DNA of 64,000 nt, taken from Eledone cirrhosa (Eukaryota). Both the position numbers and the translations under genes were made by a program. Position 1 is the first letter of the stretch. Each line of letters begins with the position of its first letter. Location of the stretch: positions 83,204,001 to 83,268,000 of the forward strand of contig OZ024745.1 of the NCBI GenBank assembly GCA_964016885.1, in the 5' to 3' direction. The notes beneath the pieces are model-generated. The model searched no databases and was not told where the DNA came from. It saw nothing but the letters and a program-made list of their open reading frames with translations. This document shows positions 49,361-62,034 of the stretch, in pieces.

Positions 49361-50190
49361 TCTCGAAGCACGGGCGATCTTCCTAGACCCAGATGGAAAG
49401 TTGGTGGTCCTGGATGTAAGCAATAGCGAATGTCGTGGTTTCAGTTTGGTTATTATCTACGGTCTGACTGGAGCAGGACAGCCTGATTTTTTGATGCGTT
49501 TGGAAGCCTTTCTAAAAACGTCTTACTCTTTATTGTTAGCGGGGGACTGAAATGTCATCTTAGACGCATATTGGGGCTGTGTGGGAATATAAGTGGGGCA
49601 TGCAAAAGCCTCAAGAACCAGATTAGGTACCGACTAGATTTCCCCAATGTGTCAGTGTGTATTTGGATCAATCACATAGAGTTATCTAGATCATATCTAG
49701 ATTAGGTTTTGATTAGGTTAGAAGTTAAGGATAGCATATGGTTACTGGAAGCATCCGGTTACAAGAAGCTTAATGCGTCGTTCCTGGTGCACAAAGTATA
49801 AGCGAGCGGAATTGCACATTTGTTAAGCAGGGGCTTCAGCGGGGCTCTGATCAATTTGGATCAATCGAAATCTTTTGGTAGGTTAGAACATCAACACACG
49901 TAGGTTGTCGTCAAGTAGCGGGCTTCGGTTGCGTCTTTATAAGCAAGATCGCTGCAATACACAGCAGCATTCGGCTGGTGTTCGAAGTAAATGGCCACCT
50001 ATCGGAACTTTTCAGTCCGTCACGGATGCCGTCTCTCCTCCCTTCTATACGTATTGGCTTTCTACCCATTACTGTAGAATCTAGAGCTATTGCAGGGCAT
50101 CCCGCAATTCCAGGGACGTAGAAGGACCGTGTCGTCATATGTGGACACTCGGAAATCGAAATAGTCGGCAATTTCTTAAAGGATTGGTGG
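49361..50190 (+). mobile_element. Multiply deleted relic of Tx1-type ORF2
   Basis: Blocks match 6405-7080 and 7990-8310 of the full-length copy (e.g. gatcttcctagacccaga, atcaatttggatcaatcgaa). Confidence 0.75.
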
Positions 50191-50334
50191 GGTACCTGTT
50201 TCGCTCCTGAGTGGTTACCCCCTCCCATTCGGAAATTTCCATTGTTGTATTTTTTTATTGTCATCATTTTTATATATATGTTCACCACTCCCCCAACATT
50301 ATTTTTGCCTTTTCTTTTGTTATCGATAAGATCA

Positions 50335-50635
50335 TGTACCAGTTTTTCACTGGGTTCAATTTAATCGACTTTTCTCACTCCCGAAACTGTTGGTCTTGTG
50401 CCTAAATTAGAACCAAATAATATTATGGTGGTGGATTGTAAGTATCGGTAGTGCATTGGGTCACATGCTTTGCAGCAAATAGTCCATTTACATTCTGAGT
50501 TCAAATAACACATAGGATAGCTTTGCTTTGCATCATTACGGGGTCGATAAAATAAAGTACCTGTAACGCATTGGGGTCGATTTAATCGAATTCATTTCTC
50601 CTGAATTGTTGGCCTTGTGCCTAAATTCATAAAAA
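50335..50635 (+). mobile_element. SINE tail plus complete SINE
   Basis: SINE motifs as above. Confidence 0.8.
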
Positions 50636-52159
50636 ATAATTGCTATCAGTTGTACTGCTACTATCTATTGACTTCAATATACTAGTGCCATTAACATTTT
50701 TCCTAAATGAATTCATTCAAGATATTTAATTTCAAATCAATTTCTTCTTTATAATGTTATAGGACATCATATTACCAACACATTATGCAATTTTCTCTAG
50801 CACTGAAGTTGATAGGATGCATTTGATTTAATTAATGTATTGTCATTGTACTTCCGCCAAGTATTTTCGATTGCCACAGAGCTATATATAAAATAAAATC
50901 TAAATCATATTTCACATTTCTTCTACTATTATATACGGTTCTACGAAGTTGCGGTATTTAATATTTCTCTTGTTATGATACATCGCAAGTATAATTCAAT
51001 GTTATTCTAAGAAGTGCATTGAATTAGTAATTTCAATTAAATGAATAGAATTAATGAAATAACTTTACCATACATTGAATTATAGTCTTGCTCTACGATA
51101 AGAGCCATTCATAATTCTCCAACAATCAACCATAATATTCATACAGAGTTTTGTTTTCTTCAGTAACAAATCCAGGGGCAGTATATTGCTGCAACTAGCA
51201 CCCCCAACACAGACCTGTCACTGGCTTGATGCATGATCGTGTAATACAATTATAACCATTAGAGTTAAACCTATTTTAAGCAGTTTAGCAAATTATTTCA
51301 ATCTTTAGGTCATTCGTAATCGAGTTTACCCTGGCGAATAAATGTTGCGTTAATGTATGTGTATACCACCCTTGGGCTCATGCCAATGTAACCCGATATA
51401 TAATTATTACTGAGTCCATATTAATGCGACGTTCACGTTATTGACTGTATTTCTCTGTCCTTCTACGTTTAAATCTCAAGATCCCTAAATATTTCAGAGG
51501 GCTGAATCCTTTGGAGCGTTAGCTGTGATATATTGGCCCGCCACTCTCCCACAAAATTCTGACCTATGTTGTACTCTGAGTGAGAGACGTACACGATATT
51601 ATAATATGTTCTGAGACTGTCCTCGTCCATATTGTCTTGACGCTAGAGACTTGCTTGAGAGTAAAAGGGTGTCAATGTGTTTAAATTGAGAATTAAAAAG
51701 AAAAATGATAATTTTCATTTTGTGAGTTACATAACTATTGTTTGTTTGCTCCCGCTTATCTTGTTAATATTATTGTTGCTTGTTTTATGACTTCTGGTGT
51801 AGCGAGGCTGTTGACACTCTTTCAGTTGCTGTTCCCCAAGAAACAGAGCTACAAATATCATATTGATTATTGATAGTTCTTTAACATCTCTTGTTCTGTT
51901 GTCGGTGTGTTATTTATAGTAATTGGTGTAACATTGATAATTGAATCTGTGGAAATTCTGGCTATTAGTATTTCTTATTTTGAAGATTACTGTCTCCTAA
52001 GGACACGAATGTAAATATACTTCGCTTTGTGGTTTTCTTTTTTTTTTTTTCTTTTTGATGTTGCTATTGGCAAGATACTGCCATCTATGTTTTAGCCTTT
52101 GAGTTTCCATTCCGAACTCCAAGGGATTTTGTTTTAAATACACTTTTGTGATTTTTTTT

Positions 52160-52173
52160 TACACACACGCGCG

Positions 52174-52222
<49 letters not shown>

Positions 52223-52396
52223 ATATAGTACACATACACCCACACTCACACCCACACACACATACATGCACACATACACCCACACACACATACATGCACA
52301 CACACACACATCTATACACACATACACCTACACACACATACATGCACACACACACACACACAAACACACAGACAGACACATACACACACACGCACA
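52160..52396. repeat. Imperfect (CA)n microsatellite
   Basis: Direct inspection. Confidence 0.95.
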
Positions 52397-52558
52397 ATAT
52401 GTAACGTATTCTTATATTAACATACTAATTCCCCGGAGTTGTCTTTAATAACTTTGAACATAGACTTAATCAATTCTCTGGTTTAATACCCACCACACTA
52501 TTGCAAGTATTAGTTCCATGTTGTCGGTTTGCGAATACTTTGTCTCTTGTTCCCACAG

Positions 52559-52573
52559 GACGTGGATGCTCTG
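52559..52573 (+). other. Candidate 15-nt microexon
   Basis: ctttgtctcttgttcccacag|GACGTGGATGCTCTG|gtaagg; sequence signals only. Confidence 0.3.
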
Positions 52574-52699
52574 GTAAGGTTTGTATCACTGCCTCTCCTC
52601 CTTTGGTTAAATTATGAAAATTAAAATTATATTAGCATTAATATCTATTCAAACAGCAATATCTATTCATAAAAGAATATATAATTATGCTAAGTCAAG

Positions 52700-52980
52700 A
52701 AAACGGGTTTCGTGTAGGCATGGGTAGTCCCGTAAATCTTGATTGAGTCATAGGTGCGCCATATTGACATACGGTTTGAACACAGCAGAATTTTACCAAA
52801 GAATGATAGAGAGTGAGAGAAAGGAAGAAAAAAGAAATATAGAGGAATAATGAAGCCCTGTACTAATGTGGTACTTTTTTATCGACTTCGTAAGGATGAA
52901 AGGCAAACTTGACCTCGGAGGATTTAAACTTAGAAAGCAGAGAGATAGAATGAATACCGCAACGCATTCCGTCACATATA
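52700..52980 (-). mobile_element. SINE subfamily with an extended 3' tail
   Basis: Reverse-complement SINE core (ggtac..tttatcgac..ggatgaaaggcaaacttgacctcgg) plus a tail shared with 57860-58205. Confidence 0.7.
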
Positions 52981-54288
52981 CTTAGTCATGAATCATTGTA
53001 AAATCTTTAACGTTTTAAAGAGTAAGTATATAATTTAAGTGTATATTATATGAACAGCTGTTTGAGATATTTAGAGCAGTGATAAGCTCTTAATGCGACT
53101 AAATTACATAGCAGATTTTATTTGTAGTTGATACATCTCAACACTTGTTCCTCAGACATAAAATTCAATACTATACTGGATAATCTTCAATAGAGTGGGG
53201 TTCACCATGTTGTCGCCGGTGGATGAAATGAAAACAGACACTTCGGCTGAATGTGTGCATTGTGTATTTGTATGTAGTTTTCAAATAATTATGTTTCATA
53301 TAGCTCAAAGACATATGCTTATGTCAATTAACATATATAACAAATATATTTGAAATCCCTAAAATTCTGCAGTAAGAAGTGAAAACATAAAATATTTATA
53401 TGGAATGATATTTTTATCATTAAACACTGATGTTTCTAGACAATACGGAAGCTATACAATTCTGTGAAATTCCGAGCTTATTTAATGTGATGTATTGTGT
53501 TATTGCTTTAGAACCAGCTTTGCGTACATAACATAAGTAGACATTTCAAAACGGAAAAACAATGATATGAATAATTAAATACTCAATAATTTCCCTCTTT
53601 TTTTTTCACTTCGGTTCAAATCCTACCACTGATCGACATATTGCCAGTATATTTTCATCGAAAAACGTAACTTCCATAATTGAATACTAAACTTGTAATA
53701 CGTTTGTAGAGCATTTAAATGTGTGGGCAACTTGCTTTAAATAACGGAAAAAAAATTCTTGCACACCGGATACTAACATTTCGTATAAAGAATGTCGCCT
53801 AACATACGGTGGTCGTAGATGCATTTAAAAAAGATGGATTGGTTAATCATGGAACTATATATCGAAACCGATGGTGTTCCAATGTTTTCCTTGGGGAATA
53901 ATATATTTCTTTCGCAGCAAGGCTACCATATGTTTATTTTACATAAACATATAATGTATGCTTTCATATACATCCCTATCATGCTTAAATACTGTCTTCA
54001 TCAGCTATATGCAAATGAGCATCTCCAGCAAATGTTCATCACTCAAACTCTAGAGAGCTTTTAGTCTATTTCCATGTCAATACCGGTTGAGTGAATGTCG
54101 CTCTTGAGAGATTAACAAAACTTAAAACAGCGGTGTCTGGCATTCTTGACTGCACTGACAAATTTAAGACATGTTCACAGAGGAAAATAGAAAAATAAAT
54201 TCTTCGTAATATTTGTTTCTTTTATATTGAGGCTACACTATGTTTACTGTATACAAACATATCGTACACGCTTTCATATACAACACTA

Positions 54289-54386
<98 letters not shown>

Positions 54387-54394
54387 ATATATAA

Positions 54395-54760
54395 GCAACG
54401 ATCAAAAGCCTATCAGAGACAGCTGGAAAAAACCTCAATGTGGCTATGGTTAAATATAAATGGCAACTGGAGCTTAGATAGGATGATTGCTGTTTAAACA
54501 GATGTAATGGGTTCTACCGATTGTCTTCGTGGCTGAATGATCAATATGATCACCTGAATTTCTAGGAATTATATCGAGCGGGAGGATAAAAAACACCCGG
54601 ATAATACCTAGGAGTTTGAACTGGGTGGACTCAGCTCCCTAAAAGTGTTAGGATGAATCAAGCCCTGAAACACTTGCTTAATAGGAGTTCTTCGTCTTGC
54701 TGTCTGCTGGCGAGTCTTTGCATACTGTATATACTTCCTTTTTGCCGCGCGAAAGCATGT
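54395..54760 (+). mobile_element. Possible decayed PLE 3' end (GIY-YIG remnant and terminal repeat) after (TG)n/(TA)n
   Basis: Weak CG..Y..TG-like and P..LN-like remnants; degenerate GCTCC...GAAAC...GGAGT motif. Confidence 0.3.
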
Positions 54761-54923
54761 GGATCTAGAAGAAAGCTGATAGGATTATCACAACGCTATA
54801 GTTCTGTATTTTCATCCGTTCTCCATTATTTTTTAACTTTCGTAATTCTCAAGGAAAGGAAAAAAAAACATTTCTCCTTCGTCCTCATTCGCGCTTTACT
54901 GTTTTACTGTTCTCTCTTTCTCA

Positions 54924-54925
<2 letters not shown>

Positions 54926-55008
<83 letters not shown>

Positions 55009-55285
55009 TTTCTCTCTCTTTCTCTGTCCGTCTCTCTCTCTCTTGCTCTGTCTGTCTGTCCGTCTCAGTCTCTCTCCCTCTCTACCGCCCTCATTTCCCA
55101 TTTCATGCTTTAGACTCTTTTTCGTTCATTCTCTCCCCCTCTCCGTTCTGCAGCCCAAGTTGTGGTTATATTTTAACCCGGTTTTTCGCTATCCACATAT
55201 TAATCAGCTCTTCACAGCTACGCCCGCGCTGAGATTCCTACACATTAACGAAAATTCACACACGCTCACTCACACACACACACAC

Positions 55286-55361
<76 letters not shown>

Positions 55362-55365
55362 TATA
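54926..55365. repeat. (CT)n, (CA)n and (TA)n microsatellite cluster
   Basis: Direct inspection. Confidence 0.9.
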
Positions 55366-57859
55366 TATAATTTTGAATTGTTGTCTAAGAGGTAGAGGAA
55401 GTATCTATAATGCATCCAGACCATCGTAAACTGAAAGTGAAATTGGAAGAAAGAATAAAATATTAGTGTTTGACCTAATCAATTATACTCTATCATTTTT
55501 TAACACCATATTCTATTTCGTAGTGAAAACTCATTGACTAGCACTACCACTTCCAAATTATAAGATTCCTTAATGCTGTTGATTGTCACCGTTTAAAGCA
55601 GCATCAACTACATAAGAGCTAAGTCTATCCATAGAATGCCTCACTATCTCAAGTAGTAGTTCTATCTAGGAGAGGTAGAAGCAATTCAGCTAAATCCAGT
55701 AAGTCAAATAAACACTTATAATTTTCATAGTAACTCATATATTTTTAGTGATACCTACTTAGAGCTGAATGAATTCAGCGAGATGAAAACAACGTCTATT
55801 GAACAGAGACTTTAGACTATATCAGTCTCAGGACACAAACCATCAATCCCTTGCTCGGTCGGTTGGTTGGTCTGGGTTCTATCGATTCAACTATTTCAAC
55901 TTCTGAAGAAATCCTCATCATATGATTTAAAATGAGTGGCGAAAGAATAGCGATAAAAATGTCATATAATATTTACTTCCGTTCTATTAGGTTTAGTAAT
56001 TACATTCCTCTTATGGAGAGAAAATAGTTAACAATAAAAGAATAAGAACAATTCGCTAAACTCTAACACGAATGTTCTCGAAAATTTGAAAGAAAAAATA
56101 ATTTCAGATTTTACGGAAAATCATATTTCGTTTCTTTTAGTATGAAATTCAGAGAGATTGCCGAAGCTTGCAAAAGATTGAAAATAACTTTCACCATTTC
56201 TAAGAAAATTGGTATCAGATACGAGGTCAATCCCATTAATAACATGGTTCGTTGATTTTTATGTCTAATGGCAGTATATTTTAATTTTAATTTTTAATAA
56301 GATTACTACTATTTTATGCCATTTTGTTAGGTTTATTTTTGTTCAATACCTTATAATCATATTTCTCGATTTTCGTTTTCTGTATTTAATTATGTATTTG
56401 CATCTCGAGGAGACTGACAGATGAATTTATCTGTAGAATTTTCTCCACTATTTAAATACCTCTTTCACACTTCTTTCCATATTTATTCATGTATTTATTT
56501 ATTTCAATATTCATTTATTTCTTTATGTAAATGATCGTTCTAATAACGCGTATCAAAAATAACTTTGTATAATCACCATTGTCATTATAATCATCATCAT
56601 TATAACTATCATCAACTGTATGAACATCAACAACATTACCATTATTATCATTATCATCCTCATAACGTAGCCGCAGTGTTATCCTCGTTATCATTGTTCT
56701 TATACACATTAATTGCCATTTTTACAACACTTTTTGAGAAAGCATTTTCTTTGCATTTTTCTCATCTCTCGGATTAGGTATGGAAATCCTGGAATATTAT
56801 ATTTGAAAACATTTTTAAATCATTGAATTCTCATAATCAATGCTGTTCTTAATTTTTAGTAGTATTTGATTTTGCTTTCTTCTTTATATTTCTCAAGAAA
56901 AACCTCAAAATCATATTTGTAATATCAAAAAAAGTGACGCGTCCTCGTTACAGCTCTCAGCGTACGTTAATGCTGGCGTCTATAAATTTCTTGAAATTTC
57001 AGAATATTTTTTCTGGTGATTAGACTAATAAATATAATATAGTTTCCTGTAGTTCTCTTAATCATAATACTGATGTTTGAGCTTTTTATCGAATTCTCCA
57101 GTTAGAAGTTGTTATAGCCTTTGTAACGTTCCATACTATATTTTTTCATGTCGTTGAACTTTCTGAACGATTTCTTTTAATTTTCTCGTATAATAGCTTA
57201 TGAATAATGAAATCCAGAGAATAATATAAGCTAGGGAAAATGAAAATAAGTGACATGAGCCATTGGCATGCATTTGAATAGATAAGTTAAGGGCAGATAT
57301 ACTGAATATAATAGGTGAAGGAAGTTATATTATTTGACATGTATCTCTTAGTAGAGGAAAGAAAATGGAAACACCTATTACAGATTCAGGGAGGCAATTC
57401 CGTGATATTAAGAATTAATGTTTCAATAATAAGAATCAAAATCACAATAATCTTCGGTAAATCAGAAATAAATAATCCAATAATATTTTAATTGTGCTAT
57501 TTATCGTTGCTTTGATGAAAATCATTCTTACTTACGTTCCTACTGTACGTTTAAAATATATACTATTGTATTTCTTCTTTGGATAATTTCTTTTGGGAAA
57601 GATTGCTGCAACAAAATATGGTTTGGAGTATAAGAAAAGGAGGTTTCTAAATACATAAATGTTCTTGATATGTCAAAAACAACCAAATCAATTCCTATCA
57701 CAACCATTTTGTTGAAAGAAACCTAACCTCTGCGATATCTTCGCTTTTACCTAAAAAATATTCAATCTGTTTCTCAATATTTACTTGGAAGAAAGCAATA
57801 GTTCTCACAGATTTCAATAACTTGGGTAACTGAACTCGTCATCACGATATGAACTGATT

Positions 57860-58205
57860 ATTGTGTAACAAAGGCAAGATGTATTGCACACATGGTCCCG
57901 TAATTCCTGATGGAGTCGTAGGGGCACCGTATAGGCATACGGAATTTATAGGGTCATTTTAAAACCCGGTGGTGCCCAATCCTCCCCAGGTCGGAATACG
58001 GCAGATTTCCTCTAGAGAAGGATAGAGTGAGAGAATGGAAGTGAGAAAGATGCAAAGGAGTAATCGACTCCAGTACTTGACTGGTACATTTTTATTCACC
58101 TGGAATGGATTAAAGACAAAATTTGATATCAGTGTGATGTGAACTCAGAGAGCAGAGAGTGCCACAAAGCATTCTATCTGACGCTCTAACGACTCTGCCA
58201 ACAAT
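57860..58205 (-). mobile_element. SINE subfamily with an extended 3' tail
   Basis: Homologous to 52700-52980 (gtcccgtaa..gagtc.tagg.gc.c..tat...catacgg). Confidence 0.65.
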
Positions 58206-58446
58206 TCGTAGTCATAAAGGTGTATCATTCAAGTATTAATAAGCACGTTAATAACATGTTGGAAGAAGTCATTCTCTTTCGTTGCGAGCAGTATGCCTCA
58301 TAAGCTTCATAGTGTGTTTAAATTCTTGCTGACTATATTGTTTCGTCTAATTTTCTCGTTTCTAGTTAACATGTCTATATATTCTGGTATCTGTTTAAAA
58401 TACGTTTATTAAATGTAGTAATGTGTATAGTTATGATTTGTTGTTA

Positions 58447-58640
58447 AGGGCGGTGGAACGTCGGACAACATTCTTTGCAACATAGAGTTACGTCCGTTTA
58501 CGTTCAAATCCCACCGAGGTTAGTTTTACCTTTCATTCTTGCGGGCTCGATAAAATAAAGTACCAGCAACATACTGGAGTCGAGTTAATCGACTTACCCG
58601 CCCTAAAATTGCCCGCTTTCTGCCTAAATCAGAAAACATA
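58447..58640 (+). mobile_element. tRNA-derived SINE
   Basis: gggcggtgga...gttcaaatccc...tttcattcttgcgggctcgataaaataaagtaccag. Confidence 0.8.
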
Positions 58641-59279
58641 TTTTATAGTTACGTATGTGAGCAGGATTATGCTTTTGGCGTGGCGGTATATTTGATTGAA
58701 TGTTTCTATGAGAATATCTAATCGAAGTCACAGCTGGTTGACATATACCTTATAACTTATAATCTCTGCCATTCTACTAGTTTACATATATACAATTTAG
58801 AAATATATCTTAATTACTTGACTGTTGATCTTCTGAGTATACGACTTGATAGATTAAATTAAATTACAATTTATACGTGATATATTAGGACGCTATCTAT
58901 TCTTATTAAAACCAGAATTTATAAAAAGCGTTCATTCTAGAATCAATGATTTGCAAATTATCTAATTTATTGACACGGAGATATAACATGAGATTCTTGA
59001 CACAGCGTATAAATTTAGCAGCAACATGTAACATTAGTCTCGTAAAGTTTAGTAATAAAAGATTTACAATATTTAGTTATGTCCATCTACATCCCGAATT
59101 CCATGGCACGGTAATATATATATATATATATATAGCGAAGGAAGTGTGGTGAGGAACCAGATGGACCATAACGCACCAGAGTACTCAATACTTAGGGTAG
59201 TAGAGTGGGTAAATGTTTAACCCCGACGACAGAGTTCAAGCCATTTCGACGGCTATTTCTGGACTGATATATATATATA

Positions 59280-59790
59280 TAAGTTTAACCTGTGTTCAAT
59301 TGGGGGTAACCACAGTAAGTAAGGTACTCAATATATCGCAGAGTATACATATTTAATATAAAGATGGCTTCTACAGGACTAGAACTGTTTCATTCGGGAT
59401 AAATCATCACCAGAGAGAGAGAAAAAAAAAGAGAGAGAGAAAAATTGGGAGTCCCTTGTTAGATGGTAAGATCATATTCAGCTAAATACTCGTTACTAAG
59501 GAAAGTAGAGTGTATGTATAGTTAGAAGTTAGTGCCCTACAGCTGAGCTCACGCTGTTTCAACGGCGAGTTGATAGCTTACTATAAATTGGGTGTGCGTA
59601 TATATATATATCTATATATATATATAAGTTATTCCAGGTTGAATCGGAGGTAACCACAGTAAGTAAGGTACTCAATACATAGCAGAGTATAAAAGTTTTA
59701 ATATAGAAGAGCTTCTACAGAACTAGAACTGTTTCGTGAGAAATCATCAGGAAGCCAACTGTCCAAGTAAAAATGGTTGTATTTATATAT
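59280..59790 (-). mobile_element. Two related PLE pseudo-LTR-type repeats in (TA)n, each with a hammerhead motif
   Basis: ggtaaccacagtaagtaaggtactcaata...gcttctacag.actagaactgtttc...aaatcatca occurs at ~59305-59410 and ~59650-59750. Confidence 0.7.
59711..59755 (-). ncRNA. Type-I hammerhead motif
   Basis: Minus strand: GCTTC-CTGATGA-TTTCTCAC-GAAA-CAG-TTCTAGTT-CTG-TA-GAAGC; stems I and III perfect, GUA site, stem II poor. Confidence 0.65.
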
Positions 59791-59846
59791 TTTCTGGTGG
59801 GGAGTGGGATGGCTGGAGGTCATTGGTTGAAAGAGAAGGAAATTCA

Positions 59847-60170
59847 TTAAAAGTTAATTCTTTAAAGCTATAATTTATATTAAGAGTGACAAAGGCAGGA
59901 AGAATTCTATAAACAAGTTCAAAATGGAGTACCACTCCTTATTTTTAAGTTTCTCTTAAGCTAACAATGCCTATATTTCAGGTGTTTACAGGATGGGTGC
60001 GGGTCAAGGTTGATGGGTTTAAAGACAGGGGAATGTTTTAAAAGCTAATTCTTTAAAGCATTACTTAGAGTGACAAAGGCAGAAGGAATTCTATAAACAA
60101 GTTCAAATTTGGGGGACCTCTACTTATTGTCAAGTTTCTCTTAAGCTATATTTCAGATGTCTGCAAGCAC
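59847..60170. repeat. Diverged ~190-bp tandem duplication
   Basis: aaaag(t/c)taattctttaaagc...agagtgacaaaggcag...aattctataaacaagttcaaa...aagtttctcttaagcta occurs twice. Confidence 0.8.
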
Positions 60171-60250
60171 ATTCACACACACACACACACACAGATAAGC
60201 ATATATATATGCATATATACGCATTTATACACATACACACACACACACAT

Positions 60251-60317
<67 letters not shown>

Positions 60318-61029
60318 AAGACTAAACAGAAAGAATGAATGGAATAACAACAACACCGAAACAAACAACACTGACCTAAGAGAAGTATAAATAAATAAAT
60401 AAATAGATAAATAAATAAATAAATACATACACAAGCACAATAACAACAAACATATAAACACACACTAGTCACCCAATCACGAACAGACATCAAACAAAAC
60501 ACAATACACACACGCAAACGCATGCGCAACGAAGACAAAATAAAATAAACAAACAAGCAAATAAATAAATAAATATATAGACAGACTAAATAAAAATGGC
60601 GTAGACATACAATGCAACGGGAGGAAACAATAGCACCACTGACAATGTTGCAGATGTGCAACGAAAGATTTATGATAAACTATATATATGTGTTTGTGTC
60701 TATATTGTATCTGTATTATTTTTGACCGTCGGTCAGTCAATGGCAACATTGAGGACCGAGTAAGTTAGATTACCGATATAAAAGACACAGAAGCGAAAAG
60801 CGAAAACCAACCAAACAGTGAGTGTGTTCTGTTATTAATTCTGGCAATATTACACAAATATGAACTCTCCCCAAGTATAACAATATATATACATACATAT
60901 ACATATATATACATATAGTTTCGTTGACAAATATATTAATGTACCCAGACACGCAGATATATTGCCCTTGGTATGACAGTGTGGTTTTAGCTCAATGTAG
61001 GATAACTGGTATATACAGAGCCGTTATAG

Positions 61030-62010
61030 GTTTAGGAATAACCAAAGAGTGCTTAGAAATACATTGTTTTATTAGCTAACAGTGTTTCATCCGTACCCTA
61101 AGGCAGGAATCATCAGAGCCTATAAACAAGAGTATATCAATAGTTGCATGCTCCATCAAGCTGCGTCACCAGAACAAGGTTAAAGGAGCAGCAGTTGGTC
61201 CCGAGGCCAGCGCTATATAGAAAAAGACACAATACATGACTCATATAATGTCATAAAATGCCATAAAAATGTCATAAAAAATTATCAGAAAAAATTACAT
61301 CAAAGATCACATCAAAAATATATCACTTACATTGTGCAATAGATATTAAGGAGGTTGGGAGAGGGTAGCAAGGAATGAGTGAATGTGTTACTCAGCATGA
61401 TCAAAAACAATTAAAAAAACAATAAAAAACACAGAAACCAAAAAAAACAACAAAAAAACGCAAAACAAACAAAGCAAAGCATAGATACATCAAAGCACAA
61501 GCAGTGCAAATACAGGATGTACAGGCAGATTAAGAGAGCTTGCAAGCATGAGTCTGTGAGAAGGGTGGTTGTTTAGCGGTGGTGCAGCTTTACATGCATA
61601 GCTTTACATGCTATAGGAATGTTATAACGCCTTGTAACAGGTCTATTTTCCGTATCTTATCAGCACGCTACGAACAACATCCATTGGTTCCAGTTCCGAG
61701 CGTTAGGCGAAGTAACACTGTTTCCAAAACAATATTCAGGGGATTTATCCACATAGGCAGTCAGCGTAAACCTCTGAAATCTAAAATAAAATATAGTACG
61801 ATGAGTTGAAGAAAGGTTGGGTATATGTACAGCCGGCACTCCAGTGCGGAAATTGAAAATACGACAGGTCCGCAATAACTGCAATCTCCAAAAGTCCTCA
61901 CGTTCGGTCACTCAACTCAACGTCCCAAGTGAAATTCCCTGTATGGCCGAATCGGCATCGAACCAAATTGTCATACCGTATACAATTATACCACTGTAAA
62001 TGTAAATCGT
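61030..62010 (-). mobile_element. Probable decayed PLE 3' portion (endonuclease remnant, 3' UTR, hammerhead)
   Basis: Minus-strand remnant FALTLGTGTNG (cf. F.LGT..P.GLN end of PLE GIY-YIG) upstream of the hammerhead at 61074-61120. Confidence 0.4.
61074..61120 (-). ncRNA. Minimal type-I hammerhead motif
   Basis: Minus strand: GGCT-CTGATGA-T-TCC-TGCC-TTAG-GGTA-C-GGA-T-GAAA-CACTG-TT-AGCT. Confidence 0.6.
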
Positions 62011-62034
62011 GATGGCTAATCCGTCACATAAACA

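Noticed and set aside
56565-56700. His/Tyr- or Asp/Asn-rich ORFs
   Set aside because: Degenerate (CAT/TAT)n microsatellite
59195-59255. tRNA-like A/B-box sequence; likewise the SINE heads
   Set aside because: No cloverleaf can be folded; not called as tRNA genes
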